IMG/VR virus record: IMGVR_UViG_3300009093_000034
Coordinates: 241,834 to 305,833 of that record
Length of the DNA stretch: 64,000 bases
Direction: 5' to 3' (one strand)
Of this stretch, positions 27,363-39,100 are shown one piece after another; the stretch's first letter is position 1; each line of letters begins with the position of its first letter. The notes under the pieces were generated by a model. The model saw nothing but the letters and a program-made list of their open reading frames with translations. It was not told the origin of the DNA and ran no database searches. The position numbers and the translations under genes are program-made.

Positions 27363-27662
27363 ATGGCTGACAATGTCGACGGAATCAAGGAAGGAACCCC
27401 GGTCACGATGCACAGTGGATCAGATTGCTATCCTGGCGTGGTGATCGCAGTTACGGCCAAGAGCGTGACGGTCCAGCATGTTCAGCACGGCAACAACAAG
27501 GAACAGTGGCCTTCCCAAGACTATGACATCTTCCTGGATAAGCCCCATGCGGGTTATGCTCCGGTCATCTACCGGAGGAACAAGTACGGAAACTACATGA
27601 CCCGAAGCTACTCCAGCTTGGGAATCGGTAAGGCCAAGTTCTACCAAGACCCCAGTTTCTAA
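27363..27662 (+). CDS. Hypothetical early protein (SH3-like start)
   Basis: True start ATG 27363; GTPVTMHSGSDCYPGVVIAVTAKSVTV. Confidence 0.75.
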   Translation: MADNVDGIKEGTPVTMHSGSDCYPGVVIAVTAKSVTVQHVQHGNNKEQWPSQDYDIFLDKPHAGYAPVIYRRNKYGNYMTRSYSSLGIGKAKFYQDPSF

Positions 27663-27663
27663 A

Positions 27664-27694
27664 AGGAAAAAGGTCCCGAAAGGGACCTTTTCCT
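27664..27694. terminator. Bidirectional terminator between convergent units
   Basis: AAAAAGGTCCC GAAA GGGACCTTTT. Confidence 0.85.
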
Positions 27695-28007
27695 ATTCTG
27701 ATGCAAGTAAGTTTAACTCCCGATCATATTGATCGGCTTCTAACCTAAGGGCCTTCGAGACAGTTCTCAAGAAGGTCTTTTTTGTTTCCACAGCTTTTAT
27801 CTCGTAGAACTCATCAAGTTTTGCTTCTGCCACTCTCACAGCAGAAGAGAGTGCAAACTCTTTTTGAGCATCCAAACAGAGACACTTGAAAGTAAACTCA
27901 TTCGTTGTTTCATCAACTTCTGGAACAAGTCTATCTGCGCAATAAGCGCAGTACTGACCTTGTTCAGGACCTGATTCAACGATAAAGTACTTCGTTCCTA
28001 TCTTCAC
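27693..28007 (-). CDS. Small Cys-containing protein downstream of the tail fibre
   Basis: CAYC...CLC; GTGA overlap. Confidence 0.6.
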   Translation of the reverse strand: MKIGTKYFIVESGPEQGQYCAYCADRLVPEVDETTNEFTFKCLCLDAQKEFALSSAVRVAEAKLDEFYEIKAVETKKTFLRTVSKALRLEADQYDRELNLLASE

Positions 28008-31000
28008 TTGAGTTTCCTAGTTCTCTTGATTCCAAGTTCCAAGTCTGAGATCCTTTCATCAAGTTCTTGAACTGCTAGGAGCAGAGTTCCTAACACGTTG
28101 CTCATGTCCATAGAGTTCTTCTTTGGAGTGGAGAGTAAGGAGTTGGTGTCTTCAGCGATGAAACCGATCTTTGGAGTCTCAAGATCATTTTTGTAAGTAT
28201 AAGAGACAACCTTGATCGTGTTGATCAATTCGGTTGCATTGATTTTAGCCTTCTCAATGTTGGTCTTGAACTCTCTACTAGATATGGTGTTGAAGTTATC
28301 TGCTGTGAAGATATGAGCTAGAACACTTCCATCAGCTGCTCCAGCAGTAGCTCCGATCTTCAAGTTTCCAGAACCGTTGGAAGTAAGACTGATCTTGCTT
28401 CCTAAAGTTAGGGAAACGTCATCTGCGTCAGCAGCTCCGAGAATAATGAGTTCGTCAGTTCCACCGAAAGAAATTCTGACCTTTCTATCTCCTGCTAAAT
28501 TATTCAACTCAACAGTTCCACCTACTCTCATCAAACCATCTGTGATGGAAGAACCATCAACGTATGGGATGTACATCAATGTAGGATCTAGAGTGGTACT
28601 AGGAACAGTTCCTCCCATGATCGTGTTGATACCTACGTGAAGGTTGTCTACACGGTCAACGTTGAAGGTGTCAGTAGGAGAGATGGTGTTGTGAGCTCCG
28701 ACCTTAAAACCATGAAGAGCTACAGAGGTACTGAAGTTTTGGTTGATGTGGACGTCAGCATAAGCCTTAGGGATCAAGGAATTAGCTACAGCTCCAGAAG
28801 GCAAGGTGTTAGCAAAGGCTCCTGAACCGTCTGTAAGATTAGCGATCCTGATGTCTCCAGTATCACCAGTCCAAGTAGCTTGAACGGAACTATCAGAGAA
28901 CTTTACGGCTTTGAAAAGACCGACGAATGAACTGATTCTAGAATCAGAGTCTCCTAGAAGTGTGTTTCCATCTACTTGAAGAGCATCAGTTGTGACACTC
29001 GTCGTGATGTAGTTAACAACAGCTGTTGAGTTAACAGGGTTTGGACTTCCGGTATCAAGAACACTCAAGGTGATGGAACCAATGTCAACATCGAACTCTG
29101 AGTACTTAGCGAACAAAGCGGTCTTGTAGATGATGACCTTGTATCGTTGTCCAGAAGCTACAGCAGTAAGAGCGGACCCGTTCCAGTAGGTGATCGTAGA
29201 AGTTGGAGTCAAGTGAAGAAGCCAAGTTGAGCCTGTGTTAGACACGGACCAAGCATAGGTTCCTGGTGTCGCTTCTGCCCAGTTCTCGGATAGAGCTGTG
29301 ACTTCAAAGAAGAGCTTGACTAGAATGTTATCGATGTTTGGAAGCTCGATCACTCCTTGAGGACCTGAGATCATCAAGTTAGAAACGTCAATGTTAGCGT
29401 AAGGAAGAGTTCCTACAACTCTTTGGACATCTGTAGAGTGAAGAGCAGATTGGTTACCGTAAGGTTGAGCTTTGATCTCATAGTGGTTTCCGAAAACCGG
29501 GTGAGTCAAGAGTGGGACGATGAAGTTTGAAGCATTACCCGGATCTACAATCTCAGGAGATCCGTACCTCGCAACAAGGTCCTCGAATAGTTGAGGATAA
29601 GAAGTTTGAGGGTAAGACGTAGTACCGTCCATCAACAACCAACTGTACTCTGCGACGTCTACTCCGACAGGGAGAGTCTTCATGGCTCCGATTGGGTAGT
29701 CACCTTGTCTTTGATAGCTTCTGATACCGTTGATGTCAACCAACAATTGGTTAGGAGCCATTGCTGTTCCGATGAAGATCAAAGGCTCATTAGGGGGAAT
29801 GCTAGCAGGTCTTGGTGTGAGGTTTCCTTGGTGTTCGAGATAGTACTCAACTCCTGGAGTGAACCAGTTGTCAAGGAAGGTCATCAAACCCTTACGGAGG
29901 AAGATTCCTGTGGTTCCAGGGTTGATTGGTGTAGGAGAACCTTGACCAAGGTAAAAACCAAGAAGGTTTGTTCTGTCAGGAACTGATCTATCACCAAGGA
30001 TAGCAGAACCTAGTGGAGAAGTAGCGTAAGCTCCTTGCTCAATCATGTGAGAACCATTTTCAAACAAGAAGTCAAGAGCAGAGTCCCAAGCTACGTAGAT
30101 TGGACCAAAGGCTTGAGTAGCTTCAAGAAGGATGTCTACAGAGGTCTGAACTCCAATCGAGGTGTTCGTGATCTGAGAGATGACGTTGACTTGAGCTCCT
30201 GTGTAGCCAGAAACTGTGCTCAAGTTGGTGAAGGCATGAACTATTGCAGTTGCCACGTCTCCAGAGAAAGGGGTAAGTGGGTCAACTGAGTTGGACCAAG
30301 GAGAACCCCAAGCTGGAGGTGGAGTTGATCCAGTGTAAAGACTTGAGTAAGTAACGTTTCCACCAGGAACAGAATTGATGATCGCGTTTAGTTCAGCGAT
30401 GTCTGTTGCTGATGGAGTTGGACCTGGACCCATGATAGTGATGTGAACAGCGTTTTGAGTCCAAATAGCGATCCACTTGTTGTAACCAGGGTCTGATCCT
30501 TGAGGCCATTCAACGTTAGGTCTGTTGGCTCTGAAGTTGTACTGGAAAGTCGATCCTGCGTAGTTATCTTGGATAGCGAAAACCTTAGGATAAGTTCCTC
30601 CCATAGGAGAAACAGGGAAACTGACTTGCTCGCCAAAGATCGTCTCGTACTGAGTCTGGTCGATAGGACCACGACCGTCACCTTCAGGTTGAATCTCAAT
30701 CACTACGGTTCCATCAACAGGAGTACTGGAGATGAAACCAACTTGGATGATCTCAGATCCGTTTAGAGAAGCAGCAACGATGTCTGTGGTAAAGCCACCT
30801 GGAACGTTAGAGACGTAGACTAGTTTTCCTCTGTCTCCATTGACGAAACCAGGAGTGTACTCAGAAGAGGTTCCTGTGGCAACCCAAACAAATTGTCCGA
30901 AAGGTTGAACGTGAAACTTTGCACCAGCGGCAGCTGGTTCTAGAGCGATTCCGAGAGTCTTTAGGTGTCGAGCAGTTCTGGTAAGAACTGCTACTCCGTC

Positions 31001-31207
31001 ATCATCTGTAACAGATGGGTCAGTAACTTTGGTTGGGCCAGAAACGTCAGCAGGGATAGCAATGGAGACAGCTTGTCCTCTCTTGATATCTTCACCTGCG
31101 ATGTAGATGCTAAGAGGTTGCATCCATTGGTTATCACCACCGGCAGAGTATCGCCATTGCTTAGTTCTTTCAGAGATCCATACTAGACCGTCTTTCTTTG
31201 CTGCCAT
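28004..31207 (-). CDS. Tail fibre with collar domain and C-terminal intramolecular chaperone (peptidase S74-like)
   Basis: Collar motif PIGAMKTLP...WLLMDGTTSYPQTSYPQLF; C-terminal SSREFKTNIEK...KIGFIAED...LLLAVQELDERISDLE. Confidence 0.8.
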   Translation of the reverse strand: MAAKKDGLVWISERTKQWRYSAGGDNQWMQPLSIYIAGEDIKRGQAVSIAIPADVSGPTKVTDPSVTDDDGVAVLTRTARHLKTLGIALEPAAAGAKFHVQPFGQFVWVATGTSSEYTPGFVNGDRGKLVYVSNVPGGFTTDIVAASLNGSEIIQVGFISSTPVDGTVVIEIQPEGDGRGPIDQTQYETIFGEQVSFPVSPMGGTYPKVFAIQDNYAGSTFQYNFRANRPNVEWPQGSDPGYNKWIAIWTQNAVHITIMGPGPTPSATDIAELNAIINSVPGGNVTYSSLYTGSTPPPAWGSPWSNSVDPLTPFSGDVATAIVHAFTNLSTVSGYTGAQVNVISQITNTSIGVQTSVDILLEATQAFGPIYVAWDSALDFLFENGSHMIEQGAYATSPLGSAILGDRSVPDRTNLLGFYLGQGSPTPINPGTTGIFLRKGLMTFLDNWFTPGVEYYLEHQGNLTPRPASIPPNEPLIFIGTAMAPNQLLVDINGIRSYQRQGDYPIGAMKTLPVGVDVAEYSWLLMDGTTSYPQTSYPQLFEDLVARYGSPEIVDPGNASNFIVPLLTHPVFGNHYEIKAQPYGNQSALHSTDVQRVVGTLPYANIDVSNLMISGPQGVIELPNIDNILVKLFFEVTALSENWAEATPGTYAWSVSNTGSTWLLHLTPTSTITYWNGSALTAVASGQRYKVIIYKTALFAKYSEFDVDIGSITLSVLDTGSPNPVNSTAVVNYITTSVTTDALQVDGNTLLGDSDSRISSFVGLFKAVKFSDSSVQATWTGDTGDIRIANLTDGSGAFANTLPSGAVANSLIPKAYADVHINQNFSTSVALHGFKVGAHNTISPTDTFNVDRVDNLHVGINTIMGGTVPSTTLDPTLMYIPYVDGSSITDGLMRVGGTVELNNLAGDRKVRISFGGTDELIILGAADADDVSLTLGSKISLTSNGSGNLKIGATAGAADGSVLAHIFTADNFNTISSREFKTNIEKAKINATELINTIKVVSYTYKNDLETPKIGFIAEDTNSLLSTPKKNSMDMSNVLGTLLLAVQELDERISDLELGIKRTRKLK

Positions 31208-31236
31208 AGGTTAGTTCCTTTCTTAATTAGTCGGGC

Positions 31237-33162
31237 TTAGTAGCTCTCAGTTAGGACTGGAACTCTCACGGTGTCAAACAAGTATCTCCATGTGCCATCG
31301 GCAGAAAGGTAAACGTCTTCTCTTAAGTGGTCTGTTGCTGGAGCGTATTGACCTCCTGCTTGAGGAAGTTCATTTCCGTAGTTTGAGTAGTCTTCTGGGA
31401 TGTTGGTGTTTGAGTGAGAAGCCCACTTAGCATTGGCATCAGAAGCTCCTGGGGAGTTGTTGAAACCAACGTGCAATTGATGAAGAGTACCGTAAGCATA
31501 GGTTGAGTTAGAACCAGTAACTCCACCGACAGAAGCCTTGTTAGCTGCCAAGAAGTTAAAGGCAGATTCTAGGTTGTACATGAGACCAAGAAGTTGAGCT
31601 TCGATCTCTCTCAAAGAAAGAGGTTTGGTTCTAGGAGCCCAGAAACCCGAGGTCTGAAGTGTCATAGCTGCGACTGGAACGAGGTCTTCGATCTGAACAC
31701 CAGTGGTCGTGGTGATCGCATCAGCAACTGTCTTAATTCTGTCTGCTACGTAGTAGAACACACCTTCAGGAGTGTTGATGAATGAAGTTCCACCTTGGTT
31801 AAGAGGATCTCCTGTCTTAGATGAAGGCAAGGTGTAAGAGTTCTCTGTTGGAAGTCTCGTGTCTGTCAAGGTCTTCTTCGAAGAGGTACTAGAAGCTGGG
31901 AAGGAGTAAGTTCCTGTAACGTCTTCTGTAACTGGAAGAGAGCTAGGATCTTGAGGTCGGCCTGAGATCAATTCCTTGAGGGTGAGAACGATCTCATCGA
32001 TGGTTGGTGAGAAGAGTCGGCCTGAGAAATAACCGTTTCCTTCATCTGGAACAGAAGGAAGACCATTTCTTGTGGAGTCCGTAGGATCGTACCAACCGAC
32101 TGGGATCAAGTCAGCGGCAGAAGGGTATGGAGCCGATCTTGCCTTAACAGGGAAAGCTGCAGCAAGGTCTGTTGGGTCAGGAGCTGCAACCAAGTTGTTC
32201 AAAGGAGGAAGCTTTGGAAGATAAGGTTCTTCAGCTGCCGTGTCATCAGGAGCTGTGTCCTCGTACTTAGTGTAGCTACCTTGACCGATGATCAAGTTCT
32301 CATACTGAACCTGAGTCTCTGGGGTTTGGTCTTGACCAAAGGAAGCTGGATCAACGTAGTCAGCAAAATAAGAACATCTGAGCCAGATGACGGCGTCGGC
32401 AAGAGCTAGGTTAGCCGTAGGATCTAGGAAGTCTGCAGTAGCAGCAAGATCTTGACCTGGAGTGGTTGTGGTGTCGACGCCGGTTGCCCAAGCAACCAAG
32501 CTTGTGATGTCTGAGGCTCCAATGTTAACTCGAACCTGAGTGAAAGGAACAAGTTGAGAACCTGGAAGAGAAGCCTGTAAAGTTCCGTCAACACTTGTCA
32601 AGATCAAACCGGCTGTGTTAGCTTGGGTGGTTCCGTCTTGAGCAACTGAGATAGAAGAAGCGAAATAGTCAGTAGGATCTAGAGAAGACTGAAGGGAAGA
32701 AGCATAGAGGTAAGTGTTGGTGATGTTACCTTGGCTTCCTCCAAAGTAGCTGTCCTCTTGAAGCTCGTAGCTTGCACCGTCTTCATACTTTTTGAAAGAA
32801 CCAGTCTTAGGTCCTGAAGGTCCGTTCAATGTGTAAGAGATGGTTTGAAACTTAGCTAGAGGGCTGTAGTTAGGTCTGGTAAGGAAGATTCCGTACTTTT
32901 TTCTTGTGGAGAAGTTACTCGAGTAATCTGGATCTGTAGCCAACTTATACGCGATGTTGGAGCTAGCAACGTCATAAGACGCTGGGTTGTAGACCAAGAT
33001 GTCGTGAGGAAGAATGAAACCTGTGTTTTGAGCCCACGGGGTGGGAGGAGAGCTCGCGTATTGCGAGTACATCAAGTCTGCAAGCTTGATTGCCACTAGG
33101 TACGGTCCTGTTCCTAGTGGGTTAAATGGTATCTTCCAGGGTGGGGTTAGAACACTGCTCAC
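31237..33162 (-). CDS. Virion structural protein (tail/baseplate), function unknown
   Basis: 641 aa, Thr/Ser/Pro-rich, inside the tail operon; GTG start with GAGAGG. Confidence 0.65.
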   Translation of the reverse strand: MSSVLTPPWKIPFNPLGTGPYLVAIKLADLMYSQYASSPPTPWAQNTGFILPHDILVYNPASYDVASSNIAYKLATDPDYSSNFSTRKKYGIFLTRPNYSPLAKFQTISYTLNGPSGPKTGSFKKYEDGASYELQEDSYFGGSQGNITNTYLYASSLQSSLDPTDYFASSISVAQDGTTQANTAGLILTSVDGTLQASLPGSQLVPFTQVRVNIGASDITSLVAWATGVDTTTTPGQDLAATADFLDPTANLALADAVIWLRCSYFADYVDPASFGQDQTPETQVQYENLIIGQGSYTKYEDTAPDDTAAEEPYLPKLPPLNNLVAAPDPTDLAAAFPVKARSAPYPSAADLIPVGWYDPTDSTRNGLPSVPDEGNGYFSGRLFSPTIDEIVLTLKELISGRPQDPSSLPVTEDVTGTYSFPASSTSSKKTLTDTRLPTENSYTLPSSKTGDPLNQGGTSFINTPEGVFYYVADRIKTVADAITTTTGVQIEDLVPVAAMTLQTSGFWAPRTKPLSLREIEAQLLGLMYNLESAFNFLAANKASVGGVTGSNSTYAYGTLHQLHVGFNNSPGASDANAKWASHSNTNIPEDYSNYGNELPQAGGQYAPATDHLREDVYLSADGTWRYLFDTVRVPVLTESY

Positions 33163-33182
33163 TCTATTCCTCTCTTTACTTG

Positions 33183-36100
33183 TTAATTAGTGCTTGGAAT
33201 AGTGAACTGACCTTCCTTAATGAACAAGTTGAAAGAGAGATGGTGCCTGGTTGTGTTGTAGATGATAGGTGGGAAGGTTCCGTACGCTAACATCTGTCCA
33301 GCCTTATTGAACACTCCAACCTCTGTGATGGAAACAGTTGCAGATTCTTGAGACTTAGGATCCAACGTGTTTCTCTTGGTGTTGATCATGTACTTAGCAT
33401 CCACGGAAGCAGGAAGAATAGAGATGGTGTCAATGTCGCTGGCATCTGTGTAAACATCTGGAAGATTGAAGAAGTATCTTAATCCGTAGACCTGGCTGAC
33501 AGCGTTGGTGATGTTTCTGTTAGCAGTCAAGATAACGTTCAACTCTCCATTGATTGAGTCAAAGGCTTGAGCTTGAGGGAAGCTAACAACACCTGGAGTT
33601 GTGTCGTTGATTGTGTAACCTAGCGTGCTCTTTACATAAGCTAGGTCAGAAGCAACTTCTGAGTAAACGTGAATTCCCTTGAAAGAGCTCTTCTTCTTTT
33701 GATAAATCTTTACCAATTGACTCCACTGTTGGTTCTCATAGATGTCTTGGATCTGAAGATACTGCCAAAGTGGGTTAGAGTCGGTGTCTTGAACGTCGAA
33801 GAATGCCGTGGTGAACCAATCTTGGTTGAACAAGTAAACTGGTTGTTGAGGTTGGAAAGCCTCTGTGACCAGGACGATCGGAACGCTTGTCGTTGTTCCA
33901 GGTGGATAAGCGTAGATCAAGTTTCCTTGGTCATCAGCAAGATAAACTGGAGACTGGTTAGCGTTGACAAAGTTACCTGTCGTAAAGAGAGTAGGATCAT
34001 CCAAAGGATAGGTGCTGTTCTCATAAGAAACTCTATCTGGAGGGAAGGTCACGATCTGAGACTTTGTAACTTGAGCCCATAGAGAAGAGTTCTTGAAGTT
34101 GCTAGGAGACAAGGTGATCGATGCTGCAGTCAAGAGGTTCAACTGAACAGAGTCTCCTACTTGAGAAGAAGAACTGAGTCTTGTTGAGAGCATGACCGAC
34201 ACTGCTGTTGCTGTGTTGGTAACTCCTGAGATGCTGATGTTCGATGGAATCGTTATAGAAACGTTTCCAATGACCGTTCCCAAGTTGTTCAGAACTTCTG
34301 AGTACAAGAGGTACAAAGGAGCTTGGATAGGAATAGGATCACTGCTTCCATCAAGAACCAAGGTTCCTGTCGAGGTAGTTAGGTTAACCCAATCTCCTCT
34401 GGTGTTCTTCACATAGATAGGAGTTGTGTGTCCTGAACCTAACCACATGAAGGCATCAGGGTCAGTAACCCAAGGAAGAGTAGGATCTGATGGATCTTGT
34501 CCTATGTAACTTCCTAGACCACCGCCTGTTCCACCAACTCCGTTCTTAGGGAAGAAGGCACCTGTGATGAGAAGGTCTAGAGTAACGTACCATCTTCCAG
34601 TGTCAGAATCTTGAAGAACGAGAGGCGAACCAGCGTTAGACTGGAACTGAGCTTGAAGATCTTCTTGAGGAGCCAAACTGTATGTCTGGTGCACAGACTC
34701 GAACCCTGGGTTAGTACCAGTGGAAGGAACTGGTGCAGGAACAAGAGCCCCAGAGTACTGAGGGATCTGGTAGAAGACTTGTCCGTTATCAACCAAAGCT
34801 GCCAAACCGAGGTTTCCTGAGGTGGTCTCTTGTTCATAGTGAGGAATTCCAACCAAAGGAACGGCCACAGGAGTTTGTGGTAAGAAGGTCATTCTGATAG
34901 CTTGTTGGTCTGGGTTGGCTGAAGGAGTCAATCCTTCTGTCAAGATCAAGTAAGGAGGATCATCTGTTTGAAGGTTGTGGATCTCGGCGATTTGGACCGT
35001 GTTGAGATCTCCACCTCCATGAACGGCAGGAACTGCTCCTTGAATCTCTTGGAAGTCTGCTCCAGACTCCAACCAAGAAGCGTAGGTCTCATAGATTGGG
35101 GTGTAAGACAAGACTCTTGGGTTTGAGACACCTGTGATAACTCCAGCTTGTTGTACAAGGTCAAAGTCTGTAACAGAGAGTTCAGCAAAAGAGTTGTCAA
35201 TGTAGTTTCCAAGACCATCACACAACCAAATGTTTTGGAGAGCGCTGTTCTGGTTTCCAACCAAAGCTCCAGTCGGATCTATCTTGTAGAGATTAGCGTT
35301 CTCTGAAGGAAGAGGATATCCATTTTGGTGGATATAGAACGGAGAGTCTGGGTTGGTCAAGGACAAGTTGGTTCTTGGCAAGTAGATTCTGTTAGCGTAG
35401 GTCTTGCTATCTACAGGAAGAACAAACTGGATTGGGAACTGTCCAGAGACGGGGTCTGAGAAGGACTGAAGCTTGTCTAGAGGGATTCCAGACCATTCTT
35501 TATCGATAGGTCTAATTGTGTTGAAGGCAATGAGAAGGATCTTAGAGAGCTCTCCAGGTGCAAAAGCGTCGGTCGTGATCAAGCTCTCTGACAAAGTGAT
35601 TCTTGTGCTTGAGATGTTCACAGCGTAGTGATCTCCAACCACGAACTCTGTTCCACCTGTGACTGAGGTACCTGCGAAGAAGCTGTGACTCAAGGTGTCA
35701 ATCAAGATGATCTCACCCATGAAGACAGCAGATGAAACGATGTTTCCAGAGGTGGCCAAAGTTCTGCTTTGAGGGTCGGTGTCTGTGAGAGGGTTGAAGA
35801 CGTACAAGGTTCCGGTATTACCGTAGTAGTACCACGTTCCTAGAGAATAAACCATCCCCAAGATGGTCAACGTCGTGTTGACAGCATCAATGGATGATCC
35901 TGTCCAAGTAGCTCCGCCGTCTGTGGAGGTCAAGAGCTGCTTAGTAGCATCTGTAGTGACACCAGAAGCAACCAAGTTGATACCGTCGGTGGCAAGAGCG
36001 TTGATCTGTCTGTTTGTAGCTCCAAGCTCATCAGTGATGACACCAAAGATTGGAGGAGTGATCAAGTCAGTCGTGAGAAGAATGGCTGCGTTAGATGATG

Positions 36101-39100
36101 GAACGTTACCAGCGATGGTCCACTTTCCATTCAAGAAGATCACCTCTGTGAAACTAACACTGGTCCAAGAGAAACCTCCTGGAGCTCCAGGTGGCAAGAA
36201 GGAAGAAAGATCATAGACGTTGAAGACCAGAGCTGAGGAAGATCCTTCAGTGTAGTCAAAGTACATGATCTGTCCACCGTCTCCAACAAGCATGACTCTC
36301 GTGGTCCATAGTCCAGAGGTTTGGACTGAGCTTTTTCCAAGAGAGTTGATGGCTTGTCCTGGAGTCCAACTTCCTGTCAAGAGGATCTCATTGACAGTTG
36401 GAGTTCCACTACCTGCGACCGAGGTCACAGAGTAGAGTCGGCCTGCTTGAGTAGAAACGATCCATGAGAGAGTAGCTTCTGAGTAGATAAGTCCAGTAAC
36501 AGCTGTACTTTCGTCTGAAGCCAAGATTCCTGTTACCCAAACTCCTGGAGTAGCTTGAGATGGATCAACTCCACCTGCCAAGATAGCGAACTCACCAGTT
36601 GCGTTACCTAGGAAGTAAGTTCCTTGGTAGTCATCAATGATGGTTGGAGCCGTAAGAGGAAGATCACTTGTTGCTGTGGTGAAGATCGTTCCTTTCTGGA
36701 ACATGAACTGTTGAATCGTGTCACCAGAACTAAGCAACTGAGATGCCAAGGTAAAGGCGTGTTGGTCTGAGGTAGAGGTTGAAAGAGGAAGAAGAGTGTT
36801 CAAAGTTGAAGGGTCTGAACCGTCATAAACGATCTGAGCTGCAACCAAGAGAAGGTTCTTGAAGTAAACTCTCTCAAAGGAACCGTCGTAAAATCTATCG
36901 TAACCGTACGCTGCTGAGTTGATCAAGTCTCCAACGATAGGAGGACCATCACTGTTAGCAAGCAACGTCAAGAGAGACGTTCTGAACTGGTCAACTCTTG
37001 TAGGATCGGAGCTGATCGGAACCAATTTCGTTGGAGCAGGATCAGAAGGATTAACTCTTTCCATGACACCGACCAAGTCAGTGTATTGGTTGGTGTACAA
37101 GGTCTCTTCAGAAGGAAGATAAGCATTTCTGAAAAGAACCTCTTGAGCAGTTTTGACCTGGTCGAATAAGGAAACTTGAGAGATGTCGAAAGGAACACCA
37201 GAAGCAGGAATGATGGTTGTTGAGTTATCATCAATCTTAGAGATCGTTCCGGCTAGAGGTAGAAGGTTCTTGAAGTACTTAGGTTCCTTGAAGTCCAAGG
37301 TGTGCTTGATGTCAGAAGCGTCAGTCAAGACGTAAGAGACGTTTCCAAGTTGATCTTTCTCTTGAAGAACCGGACCTGATGAAAGGTCAAAGGTTGTTCC
37401 GTGGTTGTCAACACCCTGAGCTGGAAGAACTAGAGGGATCAAGAAGTCACCAGAACCTTGAGCGATCAAGGTGTGAGGAAGATCAAAGATGGTTGAGAAC
37501 TCATCAAGAGCATTAGCTCTCATGGCTACCAATGCTTGAAGGATAGCTCCAAGCGTTACCTCAGTGTAGTTGATAGGAATGTTGAAGAGATCTGTTTGGT
37601 GAGCCCAAGTTGCTTTCCAAGAAGGAGAAACTTCACCATGTTCTTGGGAGTAGATGATCCAGTCGTATTTATTGACCTCTGTTCCAGGAGGAAGACCTGA
37701 TGGAGTTCCAGAGACATCTCCGTTTGCAATGAAGTAGTAAGTATCTCCTGCTGCGACCATGTCTGGAATGTTAGATCCTGAAGGAACTTCAATAACTGAA
37801 GAGAAGTTGAACGTGGTTAAATCTGGAGGAGATAGAACGTTGTAGATTCCAAGAGGCTTCCACTTCTTGTAAGTCCAAGCAGAACCAGACCAGATGATCC
37901 AATCTCCAGCGAAGTAAATGATGCTGTCAATCTCAACAGAGTTGCTGAGAGAGTAGTATTGGTTGATTGCTGTTCCATCGTCTGGGAAGATCGGTCCAGA
38001 GGTTCCAATCAAGAGGTTCCATGTTCCAAGAGAAACAAATGGAGTGAAGGATCCTGTCTTGTAGGTGATGTCTTGGTAGATGTGTTGGTCTGCAACGTTA
38101 ACTTCATTTGGAAGTGGGATCGTGACGTCAATCGTTCTTTCTTGGAAAGTTGGAGTGATTGCTCTAACGGTGTTGGAGTTGGAGTTAGGATCCGTGAGTT
38201 TAGTAAACTCATACTCCCCAATCAAGGTCTCAAAAAGAGGAATTTCAAGGCTGCTGTTCGAGGTAGAACCTCCACCACCAGAACTTCCACCAATCAAAGC
38301 CTTTGGAGAGGCATACATACCTCTGTTTAGGATGTTTCCATCAATAGGTTGGTTTATGTCGAAGTGAGAAGCTCCATACATTGGAGGTCTAACCGTGTCA
38401 GAAGAAGAAACGAACAAACTTGATCTGCTGAAACTTCCAAATCCACCAGAACCAATCTTAACAGAAGCTGGGATTGAATCGATGGCGTAGATCTCAGGGA
38501 AGACAATGAAAGAGGCCTGGATGTTAGGGTCCGAGAAGGTCTGGCCAGGGAAGATGCTTGAGTAACCGCTGTTGTCAGTGGACAAGTTGATCTGGGCTCC
38601 AACAGAAACAACCTCAGACGCTTTTTGAGCATTCACAAGGTCTGTGTAAAGGTGATCCAACCATGGAAGATCCATCAAACACAGATAGATACCAGCAGAC
38701 TTTAAGTTCAAGCTGTTCTTGTGGTAAAGCATTCTGTTGATGCCCACGTCAAGGAACAACTCTCTTTGGTACTGAACCGTAGCGTAAGGACGATCCAAGT
38801 AATCTGTGGTCATCAAAGGATGGATGAGACTTCTAGGGTCGTAAAGGTTGAGGTCTTTGAAACCATCAACGTAATCCAAGCTTGGAGTCTTCCAATCTTG
38901 ACCTGCCCAAAGGAACACAAAGGCATTGTTGATCAGGTTAGGGAAAGCTGAGAGGAAATCAGACTTAAATTGGAAAGGAGGAACTTTTCCGTTAGGAAAC
39001 TCTCCTAGGACGAAAGCAGTGAAGTTGTAGGTTCCATCAGGATAGGCAGACAACTCATTTTGGAGTCCACCAAGAACGATCACGTTGTCTTGGATGGTCT

